From an uncultured archaeon (lineage in GTDB: Archaea; Iainarchaeota; Iainarchaeia; Iainarchaeales; VGJJ01), in contig CAYZNV010000003.1 in assembly GCA_964480125.1 (NCBI GenBank), positions 3,201 through 67,200 of the forward strand: DNA of 64,000 nt, given 5' to 3'. The notes under the pieces were generated by a model, which was not told the origin of the DNA, searched no databases, and saw only the letters and a program-made list of their open reading frames with translations. Below are positions 40,698 to 49,748 of the stretch, piece after piece. Made by a program: the position numbers and the translations under genes. Numbering within the stretch: position 1 is the first letter of the stretch; each line of letters starts with the position of its first letter.

Positions 40698-41420
40698 ATG
40701 CAACGCATTCCATCAGGGATCATCGGATTGGACGAGCTCATCGAAGGGGGTTTCCCGGAAGGAAGCTCCATCCTCATTAGCGGGGGACCTGGAGCCGGAA
40801 AGACAATCGCAGCGATGCAATTCATCTATGAGGGCGCACGCACGTACGGGGAACCAGGCCTGTATGTGACGCTCGAAAGCAACTTGAAAGACATCACGTG
40901 GAACATGCAACGATTCAATTGGGACATCAAATCCATGCAAGAAAAGAACCTCATGAAAATTTATCGATTGAATCTAGGAAACGTAAAGAACGGCGAAGCC
41001 ATGGAAGAACAGATCCAACGCGAGCTAGAGATCATCGCGCGCATGGTAGATAGCATTGGCGCCAAGCGCCTGGCCATTGACTCTACAACATCATTTGGAG
41101 TATGGATTCAAGACCAAGGAAGCCTGAGGCATATTTTGTTCGAGTTCGTGAATAAACTCAAAGACATTGGATGCACCACCGTGTTGACAAGCGAAGTCGC
41201 CAACGAAGACGCAGGAAAAAACAAATTCTCAGCGTTTGGAGTGGAAGAGTTTGTAGTGGACGGAGTTATCGCCCTTTATTTCGTCCCACCAAACCGAAGC
41301 ATCTTCATCCGAAAGCTGCGCGGAACCAATCACACGAAAGCCATTCACGCGTATGACATCACGGACAAAGGAATCGAAGTACGCCCACGCGATGAAATGC
41401 TCTGGAGCTCGTTGCGCTGA
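40698..41420 (+). CDS. KaiC/RadA-like single-domain RecA-superfamily ATPase
   Basis: GIIGLDELIEGGFPEGSSILISGGPGAGKT Walker A block. Confidence 0.7.
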   Translation: MQRIPSGIIGLDELIEGGFPEGSSILISGGPGAGKTIAAMQFIYEGARTYGEPGLYVTLESNLKDITWNMQRFNWDIKSMQEKNLMKIYRLNLGNVKNGEAMEEQIQRELEIIARMVDSIGAKRLAIDSTTSFGVWIQDQGSLRHILFEFVNKLKDIGCTTVLTSEVANEDAGKNKFSAFGVEEFVVDGVIALYFVPPNRSIFIRKLRGTNHTKAIHAYDITDKGIEVRPRDEMLWSSLR

Positions 41421-41447
41421 TAAATTATTTGCAAGCAGAAAATGCAA

Positions 41448-42095
41448 TTATTTACTGATGGAATCCAAGAGCGGTTTTATTTCTTTAAGCACATCCTGAT
41501 GAACCTGTTCAATCGAGGCATTGGCATTAATGATGTGAAACTTTTCCTTTGGCAATAATTTTGGGAGAGTCGCATAATTGGCTTTCACGCGTTCCAAAAA
41601 ATCCTTTTTCTCAAAGGTATCCATCCCTTGCTTCCCGTGCGTGCGCTTGACACAATTGTCCACGCTCGCGTTGAAAATCAACACCAAATCAGGAATAGGA
41701 AAACCAGCATTGTCATCAATGGTTCGTGCAACCGGAATGCCTTGGGCTGCCTGGTATGCGATGGTGGAATACTTGTAGCGATCACAAATGATAATGGCCT
41801 TCTGCTCGAGCAAAGGGATGATTTGATTATCCACATGCTGCTCGCGATCCAACACAAACAATTCCAACAAACGTTCTTTATTTTCCTCAAAGGATTTCAT
41901 CTCACGCAATCGCTGCGAGAGCTCTAAACCATACTTTGATTTGGTGGGCTCACGCGTCAAAAGAATCGAATCGACAACCTTGTAATTGGAAAAAATCCAG
42001 TTCACGAGCAGCTGTGCCTGCGTGGTCTTACCGCAACCATCAATACCCTCACAGACAATAAACAATCCCTTCGAAACCATTCCAACCAACTCCAA
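41448..42095 (-). CDS. tmk: Thymidylate kinase
   Basis: FIVCEGIDGCGKTTQ P-loop and DRY motif. Confidence 0.8.
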   Translation of the reverse strand: MELVGMVSKGLFIVCEGIDGCGKTTQAQLLVNWIFSNYKVVDSILLTREPTKSKYGLELSQRLREMKSFEENKERLLELFVLDREQHVDNQIIPLLEQKAIIICDRYKYSTIAYQAAQGIPVARTIDDNAGFPIPDLVLIFNASVDNCVKRTHGKQGMDTFEKKDFLERVKANYATLPKLLPKEKFHIINANASIEQVHQDVLKEIKPLLDSISK

Positions 42096-42104
42096 AAAAC
42101 ACGC

Positions 42105-42749
42105 CTAGCGCAATAATCCTAATGCAACCTTTGCTTGTTTTAAGGCTGACTGCGGAGAGCGATTCGCATCGATATAGAAGACCGGATAGCGCTGTGCAGC
42201 CCACTCCACTAATGGAAGGGTTTCTTTTGTGTAAACGCGATAACGCGCTTCAAGGACTTTCTTCGAGTCATCATTACGATGAAATAACTTTCCACCACAC
42301 GCATTGCAGATGCCTTTCTTTTTCGGGCGGAGCTGCAACCCATAAATGCGCTTGCACGATTGACATTGTGAACGCGAGCGAATCCGTTTCCAGCTCGTGG
42401 CCTTATCCGTCGAAAAAAGCAAGAATGCAGTAAATTCCAATCCACCTTTCTTCAAAGCTTTTTCCATATCTAGGGCCTGCGCAATATTACGTGGAGTCCC
42501 GTCCAACAACATATTTTTTTTTCTATTCTCACGATAAAAATTTTCTTCAAGGTTTTCAACCCACGCATTTGGGACAAGGCGACCAGATTTCAAGTAAGCG
42601 CGTATTTCATGCGCTCGCTTACTATTTCCTTTTGCCGCTTCACGCAATGCCTCTCCCGCAGAAAAAGATTTCCACCCCTCTTTTTCCACCAGCGATTGCG
42701 CCAGGGTTCCTTTTCCGGAAGCAGGGGGTCCAAGCAAAACAATAATCAT
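42105..42749 (-). CDS. adk: Adenylate kinase, bacterial long type with zinc-binding lid
   Basis: GPPASGKGT P-loop; lid CQSC...CNAC. Confidence 0.8.
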   Translation of the reverse strand: MIIVLLGPPASGKGTLAQSLVEKEGWKSFSAGEALREAAKGNSKRAHEIRAYLKSGRLVPNAWVENLEENFYRENRKKNMLLDGTPRNIAQALDMEKALKKGGLEFTAFLLFSTDKATSWKRIRSRSQCQSCKRIYGLQLRPKKKGICNACGGKLFHRNDDSKKVLEARYRVYTKETLPLVEWAAQRYPVFYIDANRSPQSALKQAKVALGLLR

Positions 42750-42801
42750 ACTCCCACGAAAAAGTCAGACTTATTAAGCATGAATTAAGGAATGGCAGCG
42801 A

Positions 42802-43665
42802 TTATTTTTTCGACCCATTCACGCGAAGGACAGCACACATCTGGACTTTGCGCGGGGAAAATTGCAATACCTTTCGGATGTCCTCCACTTCCGCAGTTCC
42901 TTTGACTTTTTTCAATCCAAGCTGGAGCTTCTTCCACATCGCATGCAGGGGCTTTTTGTTGGAGACAAAGGCATAGCAGTGAATCCTTCCCCCGCGCGGA
43001 GAAAGACACTTTATGGCTTCGGAAAGGTATTTAGTGGCACTCTCAGGGGCGGGCATGATGACGTGATCGCATTGTCCAAGAATGTGCCCAACTTTTTTCA
43101 CGTCCGCGTGGATGGGAACGACAATATCCTGGACTTTGTTCTTGCGCACATTCATTTCAAGCCAGGGAATCGCATCAGGATTCCACTCAATCGCAAACAC
43201 GCGCGCGGGTTTGGCATGCTTCGCCAGCGTCACCGCATATGGACCCACGCCCGCGAAAAAGACCGCGACGGTCTCGCCCTTCTTCACATAAGAAGCGATG
43301 CGCTGGCGTTCCGTGCCTAAGCGAGGAGAAAAGAAAACCTTTCCCGGCATCAACTCAAAATCACAATTCCATTCCTTGTATGAAGTGGATGAAATCTTTT
43401 TGCCCGCAATGAAGCGAACTTTTTCCAGGCGAAACTTTCCCTCGTGCTCGCCTACTTTCTCATACACGGATTCCACATTCTTCACGGCGTGCATCAAAGC
43501 CGAAGCAATTTTCTTCTTCTTTTTCTGGAGTTTTTTGGGAATCTCAATGAGGGCCAGCTTCCCCAACACATCAAAAGCAAAAATAGCCTCTTGCATTTCC
43601 GCAGGAGAAAGGAACTGCGACATCAACTCGCGGAACGAAGGCGCGTGCGTCATATCATCACACAA
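42802..43665 (-). CDS. Trm5/Taw2-like (Met-10+) tRNA methyltransferase
   Basis: Class I MTase core with Met-10+-like organisation; family-level call. Confidence 0.5.
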   Translation of the reverse strand: MCDDMTHAPSFRELMSQFLSPAEMQEAIFAFDVLGKLALIEIPKKLQKKKKKIASALMHAVKNVESVYEKVGEHEGKFRLEKVRFIAGKKISSTSYKEWNCDFELMPGKVFFSPRLGTERQRIASYVKKGETVAVFFAGVGPYAVTLAKHAKPARVFAIEWNPDAIPWLEMNVRKNKVQDIVVPIHADVKKVGHILGQCDHVIMPAPESATKYLSEAIKCLSPRGGRIHCYAFVSNKKPLHAMWKKLQLGLKKVKGTAEVEDIRKVLQFSPRKVQMCAVLRVNGSKK

Positions 43666-43706
43666 TCGGGATTTTCCTTATAAGGCTCTGCCTCAATAGA
43701 AAGAAT

Positions 43707-44570
43707 ATGGCATTTGATATTGGAACATTCATCCAAGAACATTTCATCCAAACCATGCTCGACCCCACAGTGCCGGGATACAATCCGGTGAATACGATTG
43801 CGTATGGGCTCATTTTGCTGGGAATTGCATTCTATCTCATCTATCCATTCCTCAACAAGCGCGGGATCAAATTTGATTTCGCTTTTTTACAGATGCTATT
43901 CCCCTACATCATTTTCGGAAGCAGCCTGCGCGTGTTGGAGGATCAACAGTTGCTCGTGCGTAGTGCAAACCCACTCGAATTCGGATTCTATCTCTTCACC
44001 CCAGGAATATGGTTTCTCACATTTGCATTCGTTGCGATTGGAATGATCATCGCATGGTTCGCGGAAAAGAAATTCAATCACCATTTTCACACCATCGCAA
44101 CACTCTTCGGCGCGCTCATTGCCATTCCATTAGTAATATTCAATCTCTTACAGTTCACCGAGTGGCCTGCATTCATCGCCATCATTGCGCTCGCGAGCAT
44201 CCTTTCATACGGCGTATTTTGGATTGGAAAGAAAAAGCAATGGAAATTCTTGGAGCAACCACTCGCAAAGGCGGCATTCTTCGGACAGCTATTGGATGCA
44301 TCCGCGACATTTATTGCGTTGCAATTCTTTTCCTGCGGCGAACAACACTTTCTCCCGCGCTTACTCTTTGGAGCATTTGGTCCTGTTTCGTTCTTCTTCG
44401 TGAAGATTCCGTTGATGTTGTTGGTGCTGCATTACATCCACAAAGAATTCACCACGGATGAAAAAGCCGACAAGAATTTGCTGGGATTCATCCTCTTATT
44501 CCTGGCTATTTTGGGATTCGCAACGGGATTAAGGGATCTACTTACGGTGGCCGTTGGAACGTGCAATTAG
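43707..44570 (+). CDS. Polytopic membrane protein (DUF63-like)
   Basis: 7-8 TM helices. Confidence 0.35.
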   Translation: MAFDIGTFIQEHFIQTMLDPTVPGYNPVNTIAYGLILLGIAFYLIYPFLNKRGIKFDFAFLQMLFPYIIFGSSLRVLEDQQLLVRSANPLEFGFYLFTPGIWFLTFAFVAIGMIIAWFAEKKFNHHFHTIATLFGALIAIPLVIFNLLQFTEWPAFIAIIALASILSYGVFWIGKKKQWKFLEQPLAKAAFFGQLLDASATFIALQFFSCGEQHFLPRLLFGAFGPVSFFFVKIPLMLLVLHYIHKEFTTDEKADKNLLGFILLFLAILGFATGLRDLLTVAVGTCN

Positions 44571-44607
44571 GGCATATTTAATAGGCCATTTCCGCGAGTG
44601 ATGTCAT

Positions 44608-45366
44608 ATGTTTCGCCTCATTGGGATTGGATTGAACCCCCGACAGCTCACGCTCGAAGCCCTGCATGCCATCCAGGCCAGCGATAAAGTGTATGTGGAA
44701 AATTACACCTCCAAGTTCGCCGAAGGAGACATCCAAAAATTAGAAACCATTATCCAAAAACCCATTCACATGCTCCAGCGCAAGGACGTGGAGGATTATT
44801 CAGAGTCTTTTTTGAACGAAGCGCGGACGCATTCCATTGCACTGCTTATTTTCGGAAACCCTCTCACTGCCACAACGCACATTTCATTATTGGAATACTG
44901 CAAGCAAGAAAAAATATCCTATGAAGTCATCCCGGGTATTTCCATCTTCAATTATCGCGGAATATGTGGGTTGGACGAATATCGTTTTGGACGCACCACT
45001 ACGTTTGTTTTTCCACGCGAAGGAGACGAGCCGCTTTCTCCATTTGATGTGATCGTAAAAAACAAATCCATGGGACTGCATACGCACTGCTTGTTCGATT
45101 TGCACCCCGACGCACAGCGATTCATGAGCGTGGATGAAGCGATTGGATTCATTCGAAGAGCCGCACAAGCACGCGAGATTTCAACGCATGATTGGATTGG
45201 AGTGGGATTAGGAGGAATGGGAAATAGCAAGCAACTCGTACGCGCGGGAAAACTAGATTTTTTGGAGAAACAAATATGGAATATTTTCCCGCAGAGCCTC
45301 ATCATTTGCGGCACGTTGCAGGAGTATGAGCATGAAGCGCTGCAAAAATTAGGAGGAATGAAATGA
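44608..45366 (+). CDS. dph5: Diphthine synthase
   Basis: MFRLIGIGLNP...LHAIQASDKVYVE tetrapyrrole-methylase fold; matches archaeal Dph5. Confidence 0.85.
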   Translation: MFRLIGIGLNPRQLTLEALHAIQASDKVYVENYTSKFAEGDIQKLETIIQKPIHMLQRKDVEDYSESFLNEARTHSIALLIFGNPLTATTHISLLEYCKQEKISYEVIPGISIFNYRGICGLDEYRFGRTTTFVFPREGDEPLSPFDVIVKNKSMGLHTHCLFDLHPDAQRFMSVDEAIGFIRRAAQAREISTHDWIGVGLGGMGNSKQLVRAGKLDFLEKQIWNIFPQSLIICGTLQEYEHEALQKLGGMK

Positions 45367-45710
45367 TGGCGAAAAAAATAACCAAGAAAACAAAAATAAC
45401 AAAATCCAACGCAAACCAAAGCCTTGAACGCGCGCTCGAAACGAAAGTGGCACGCTATGAATCGCTCACAAAAAAGGGATTAGAAAAAATCTCTATTCTC
45501 GCGCGGAAGGGGAGCAAAGAATATGCGATTGCGCTGGATTTTATCTCCATGGCACAAAATTATTTCAATGACGCCAAACACTTCCGAGCACACGGGGAAA
45601 TGCTTATTTCACTCGCGGCTTTCTCGTACGCCCACGCATGGTTAGACGCAGGCGTGCGCGCGGGACTCTTCGATGGAAAGGGCGACGACCAATTATTCAC
45701 ATTGCCATGA
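45363..45710 (+). CDS. Conserved hypothetical protein (DUF357-like)
   Basis: 115-aa ORF overlapping the dph5 stop by 4 nt. Confidence 0.3.
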   Translation: MMAKKITKKTKITKSNANQSLERALETKVARYESLTKKGLEKISILARKGSKEYAIALDFISMAQNYFNDAKHFRAHGEMLISLAAFSYAHAWLDAGVRAGLFDGKGDDQLFTLP

Positions 45711-45723
45711 ACGACGAGGGAAT

Positions 45724-46206
45724 ATGATGCGCATTGCAGAAGGAAATGAGGAAGTTGAGTGTAAAAACTACTTGTTAATCGCGGCCCAACATGCCGAAAA
45801 ATCCGATTGTTTTCAATCAGCGCGAGGAAGTATTATCGTTAAGGAGAACGAGATAATCGGAACGGGATACAATGCATTTCCAGCTGGAAAAAGAGATGAT
45901 AGTTGTAAAATGAACCAACTAGAAAAAAACTTCAAATCTGATCGAAGTTGTTGTGTTCATGCAGAACAACGTGCAATCATGCAAGCGCTTATGAATGAAC
46001 CAAAAAAGCTCATTGGTTCACGCATCTACTACGTTCGATTAGGAGAGAATAAAGAACCTGTTTTTTCTCGTCAACCATCTTGTACCGTTTGCAGTAAAAT
46101 GGCATTAGATGCTGGGATTGCTGAATTTGTGTTATGGCACAAAGAAGGAATTACAATTTATACTACTGAAGAGTATAATCGTTTATCCTTCGCGTACAGT
46201 GAGTAG
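45724..46206 (+). CDS. dCMP/cytidine deaminase family zinc enzyme
   Basis: CCVHAEQRAI and SCTVCSKM zinc-ligand motifs (HAE...PCxxC); start set at MMRIAEG. Confidence 0.7.
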   Translation: MMRIAEGNEEVECKNYLLIAAQHAEKSDCFQSARGSIIVKENEIIGTGYNAFPAGKRDDSCKMNQLEKNFKSDRSCCVHAEQRAIMQALMNEPKKLIGSRIYYVRLGENKEPVFSRQPSCTVCSKMALDAGIAEFVLWHKEGITIYTTEEYNRLSFAYSE

Positions 46207-46212
46207 TTACGT

Positions 46213-46815
46213 CTAAGGCGAAATAATTCCAAGATCAACAAGAAATTCCTTGGCTTCGTATAGAACTTTCTCTTTCGATTTTCCCCCAACTTCAATAATG
46301 TGAGTGGCATATTGTTTAGTTGGTTCAATATACTGGTGGTGCATGGGCAATAATATTTTCTCAATATAAACTGGATCAATAAATTTTGTTCGGCGGCGTA
46401 CGCGCAACTCATCCGGCAGATCAAGAAAAATACTACTATGCAGCTTGCTGCGCACATGCTTATCCCATAATGCCAAATAGCCTTCGAGGAGCATTATTCT
46501 CTTGGGAGCTATCATAAAACTAATGCGTCCTTTTTCTTTATACTCTGGATTAAATCGCTCACTTTTTGTTTGAACATTAATTGTTTCCCCTTTTTCTAGC
46601 GCATTAATATCCTCCAGTAATCGAGTAAAGTTAATTGCAGCTGGGTCATCCCAATTGGGCAAACCATCAACCATAGAAAGCTCTTCACGTTTGCGCTGAT
46701 AGTCATCCAATTGCAGTAGCCCAATGTCATTTGGAAACATATCCATTAACCCAAAGCCAAGGGTAGATTTTCCTGAGCCGCTTCCACCGGCGATTCCAAC
46801 AAAAATAGGTTTCAT
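46213..46815 (-). CDS. Uridine/cytidine kinase family P-loop kinase
   Basis: IFVGIAGGSGSGKSTL matches the Udk/PRK-family P-loop; start set at MKPIF. Confidence 0.65.
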   Translation of the reverse strand: MKPIFVGIAGGSGSGKSTLGFGLMDMFPNDIGLLQLDDYQRKREELSMVDGLPNWDDPAAINFTRLLEDINALEKGETINVQTKSERFNPEYKEKGRISFMIAPKRIMLLEGYLALWDKHVRSKLHSSIFLDLPDELRVRRRTKFIDPVYIEKILLPMHHQYIEPTKQYATHIIEVGGKSKEKVLYEAKEFLVDLGIISP

Positions 46816-46907
46816 AGTAGAGTTATATCCGTGAGGAAATATATTTATCGCATAGTTATTACGTTTCCGAAAGACCAACTTAAAAACCCCAAATCCATTC
46901 ATGCGAT

Positions 46908-47369
46908 ATGAAAGTCTACAAACGCAACCCCCTCGACATGGATTTGGGAGGAATCGAAGGGCTCCTACTCCCTGCGTTGGGTGTGCTCGTCGTATTATTT
47001 TTGGCCTTCCTGCTTATCGGGGGAACCAATGCAAATGTGCTTTCCGCGCGACTAGTGCAGAATCCCTTATCGCTTTCCGCGAATGATTCCACCATTCTGC
47101 AGGTGCACGTGTACAACCCCACTGCACAAATGGCCCAAGACATGGTCGTGCAAGTGAACGCCCCCAGCGCACCATTGCTATCCATTTCCCCAAAAAGACA
47201 AACCATCCCCTTCCTTGGAGGAGACGAAACACGCACGCTCGAATTCCTGGTGTTGCCCGTGGATGCGAGTGGAAACCCATTCACGCCCGGAAGCTACGTC
47301 ATCACAATCTCCACGCAACTCAATGGAAAACCCTATGACACGCAAGTGCAAGTCAACGTGGTAAAGTGA
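46908..47369 (+). CDS. Membrane-anchored beta-rich extracytoplasmic protein
   Basis: N-terminal TM; ST-rich beta-strand pattern. Confidence 0.3.
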   Translation: MKVYKRNPLDMDLGGIEGLLLPALGVLVVLFLAFLLIGGTNANVLSARLVQNPLSLSANDSTILQVHVYNPTAQMAQDMVVQVNAPSAPLLSISPKRQTIPFLGGDETRTLEFLVLPVDASGNPFTPGSYVITISTQLNGKPYDTQVQVNVVK

Positions 47370-47372
47370 GTC

Positions 47373-48647
47373 ATGAAAAAGATACATGTTTCTGGACCCG
47401 TTACGGGCAAGTCATTTTTTCCAAGTTTACAGGGATCCAAAAACGCCGCCCTCCCAATCATTGCAGCTGCTGCCATGTGCAAGAAAATAATTACACTCTC
47501 CAATATCCCACTGCTCGATGATGTTGAAAATCTCATTGCAGTCCTCCAATTCATCGGAGTAAAAATTAAACGTATCAGCACGCACTCGCTGCAAATTGAT
47601 GGTTCAACCATCAAAAAGTGGAAACTCCCTTCGCATCTAACAAAACAATCACGGGGGTCGATGTATGGATTAATCCCGGCATTATCTACATTCAACAAAT
47701 GCAAATTGGGGGTCACTGGCGGAGACGCATTTAATCGTTCATTCGTACTCCAAGAAAGAGTATTGCATGCTTTTGGATTTGCTTGTAAGTACCAAAAGAA
47801 CGGAATTGCCATCAATGGCACAATAAAGCCAGCTCACTTTAGGATCGGCGGAAAAGGAATCATCTCTAATTCAATGGCAGTAATACTATCATCCATGTGT
47901 GAGAAAAAAAGCACCATTGAAGAAATAGACTTTGAGCCAGAGGTCGAAGCAGTAATCGCTTTCATGCAAAGACTAGGGGTTAAAATCAAACGAAGGCGGC
48001 ACGCAATAACTATTACTCCACCAAAGTCCTTCAGGTCCATTCATTTTCAAGTCCCCTCTGATCGGATTCAGGCACAAACATGGGTGCTGATTGGAATTGC
48101 AACACATACAGCCATCTCAATCCCTTCTTCGATGCTTGCAAATTTTGGCGCTTTTACGGAATGCATCAAAGAGATGGGGGTGAAAGTGCAATCCAGCAAA
48201 AAACACACCCGATTTATCCCACCGAAGAAGCTCTTGCCCGCGCGCTTCACCACCAATCGTTTCCCTGCCATCCACTCCGATATCGTGCCTATTTTTGTTG
48301 CCCTACTCACACAATCCCACGGAAATTCATCCATTCGTGAGAGCTATCCCATTAATCGTTTTGCCTATGTCCCTGCGCTAAAACAAATGGGTGCAGTCAT
48401 CAGCCACACAAAAGACACCATTCAAGTTATGGGGCCCACCCCGATTGCTGGAAAAATAATCACGGAAAACATGGGCATTCGTGAAACGATGGCCGTCATC
48501 CTGGCAGGATTAATCGGATCAGGCAAAACCACAATTCAAAATGGACAGGCGATTTTGCGTGGATACGAGTGGCAGTTCATGAATGAGATCAATCGGCTTG
48601 CAAAAGGACAAGTAATCCAACTTGATGGTTTTGACCGCCTCCAATAA
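47373..48647 (+). CDS. UDP-GlcNAc enolpyruvyl transferase (MurA)-like EPT-fold enzyme, Asp variant
   Basis: N-terminus SGPVTG...GSKNAALPIIAAAAM matches the MurA GAKNAALPIL block; the loop GVTGGDAFNRS aligns to MurA SLPGGCTIGARP with Asp replacing the catalytic Cys. Confidence 0.6.
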   Translation: MKKIHVSGPVTGKSFFPSLQGSKNAALPIIAAAAMCKKIITLSNIPLLDDVENLIAVLQFIGVKIKRISTHSLQIDGSTIKKWKLPSHLTKQSRGSMYGLIPALSTFNKCKLGVTGGDAFNRSFVLQERVLHAFGFACKYQKNGIAINGTIKPAHFRIGGKGIISNSMAVILSSMCEKKSTIEEIDFEPEVEAVIAFMQRLGVKIKRRRHAITITPPKSFRSIHFQVPSDRIQAQTWVLIGIATHTAISIPSSMLANFGAFTECIKEMGVKVQSSKKHTRFIPPKKLLPARFTTNRFPAIHSDIVPIFVALLTQSHGNSSIRESYPINRFAYVPALKQMGAVISHTKDTIQVMGPTPIAGKIITENMGIRETMAVILAGLIGSGKTTIQNGQAILRGYEWQFMNEINRLAKGQVIQLDGFDRLQ

Positions 48648-48671
48648 AAAGCCCTTTTTGGTCCCATCAAC

Positions 48672-49745
48672 ATGACCAGCAATTTTGTCCCACAACTATT
48701 CCAAGAAGAATTCTTTGAACAGAATAAAATAGACTCGCTCTATATCGTTTCGAATGAACAGTTAGTGGATCCCCTCCTGTGCAAGCTTACGGGAATCACC
48801 CAACTCAATTTTGGATATCGTTTTTTACAAACTGCAGAAAAAAATCTCCTCTTATGCAGCCCGCTTGAAGCCCGCAGCGTGGGAAAGCAATACCGAGGAA
48901 GGATGAAAATTATCCGCTCGCACAAGGACATCTACAAAAACCTCCATGCGTTCTTCGACAAGAAGCGCGTGGGGTTGAATCATGCATATATGACGGCGGG
49001 GCAACTCCTCGCACTCAAAGAAAAATTCCCCAAAACAAAATTCATCGACGTCAGTAATGCCCTCTATCAATCGCGCGGGATCAAGACAAAAGAAGAAATC
49101 AAAAAAATAAGCGAGGCCGCGCACATCTCGCAAGAAGTATCTCACCAATTCCCAGAGTGGGTGCACAAAAACATTACCGAACAGCAATTAATGGCACGCA
49201 TCAATTATGAATTCGCCCGCAACGCATGCGAGGAAGCATTTCCCACACTGGTTTGTTTTGGAGACAATGCGCGAGACATCCATCACTTCGTTTCCAATAA
49301 AAAATTAAAGAAAAATGAGACAATCCTCATTGATTTCGGGGCGAAGCATGAGGGATATTGCTCTGATCTTTCTCGCACGATGCACTTCGGAAAAGCCAGC
49401 GAGGGAAAGCACGCATTCTATGCAAAAACATTTGAGGCACAAGAAGCAGGAATTGCTGAATTAGTCCCCGGAAACCCTTCAAAGAAAGCCCACCTTGCAG
49501 CGGAAAAAGTGTTGGGGCACAAAATCCCTCATGGGCTAGGGCATGGCGTGGGATTGGAGACGCATGATTCCCCGGGTGTTATTTCTCCCTACCAAGAATG
49601 GAAAGTTTCCCCCGGAATGGTGTTGGCCGTGGAGCCAGGATATTATGGCAGTAGCGGGGGAATACGCATCGAAGACAACATCGTCATCACGCACGGTGGA
49701 AACAAACGCCTGAGCAAAGCACCGAAACACCTGATCGAGGTTTAG
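48672..49745 (+). CDS. M24-family metallopeptidase (Xaa-Pro aminopeptidase/prolidase-like)
   Basis: HGLGHGVGLETHD and the EPGYY...IRIEDN pita-bread motifs. Confidence 0.7.
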   Translation: MTSNFVPQLFQEEFFEQNKIDSLYIVSNEQLVDPLLCKLTGITQLNFGYRFLQTAEKNLLLCSPLEARSVGKQYRGRMKIIRSHKDIYKNLHAFFDKKRVGLNHAYMTAGQLLALKEKFPKTKFIDVSNALYQSRGIKTKEEIKKISEAAHISQEVSHQFPEWVHKNITEQQLMARINYEFARNACEEAFPTLVCFGDNARDIHHFVSNKKLKKNETILIDFGAKHEGYCSDLSRTMHFGKASEGKHAFYAKTFEAQEAGIAELVPGNPSKKAHLAAEKVLGHKIPHGLGHGVGLETHDSPGVISPYQEWKVSPGMVLAVEPGYYGSSGGIRIEDNIVITHGGNKRLSKAPKHLIEV

Positions 49746-49748
49746 GCC

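Noticed and set aside
40593-40703. ORF-track ScpA start at 40703 overlapping the divergent KaiC-like start at 40698
   Set aside because: Divergent genes cannot share a promoter inside each other's coding sequence. The internal Met (MPKKLK, 40592) gives a normal intergenic spacer.
41421-41447. Short direct repeat AATTATTTGCA...AATTATTTAC between the KaiC-like gene and tmk
   Set aside because: It is only about 11 nt, AT-rich and present as a single pair, so it is likely chance or part of a T/A-rich terminator region.
45673-45723. N-terminal 17 residues of the deaminase ORF overlapping the DUF357 gene
   Set aside because: The extension has no conservation signal. MMRIAEG is a more plausible start and removes the overlap.
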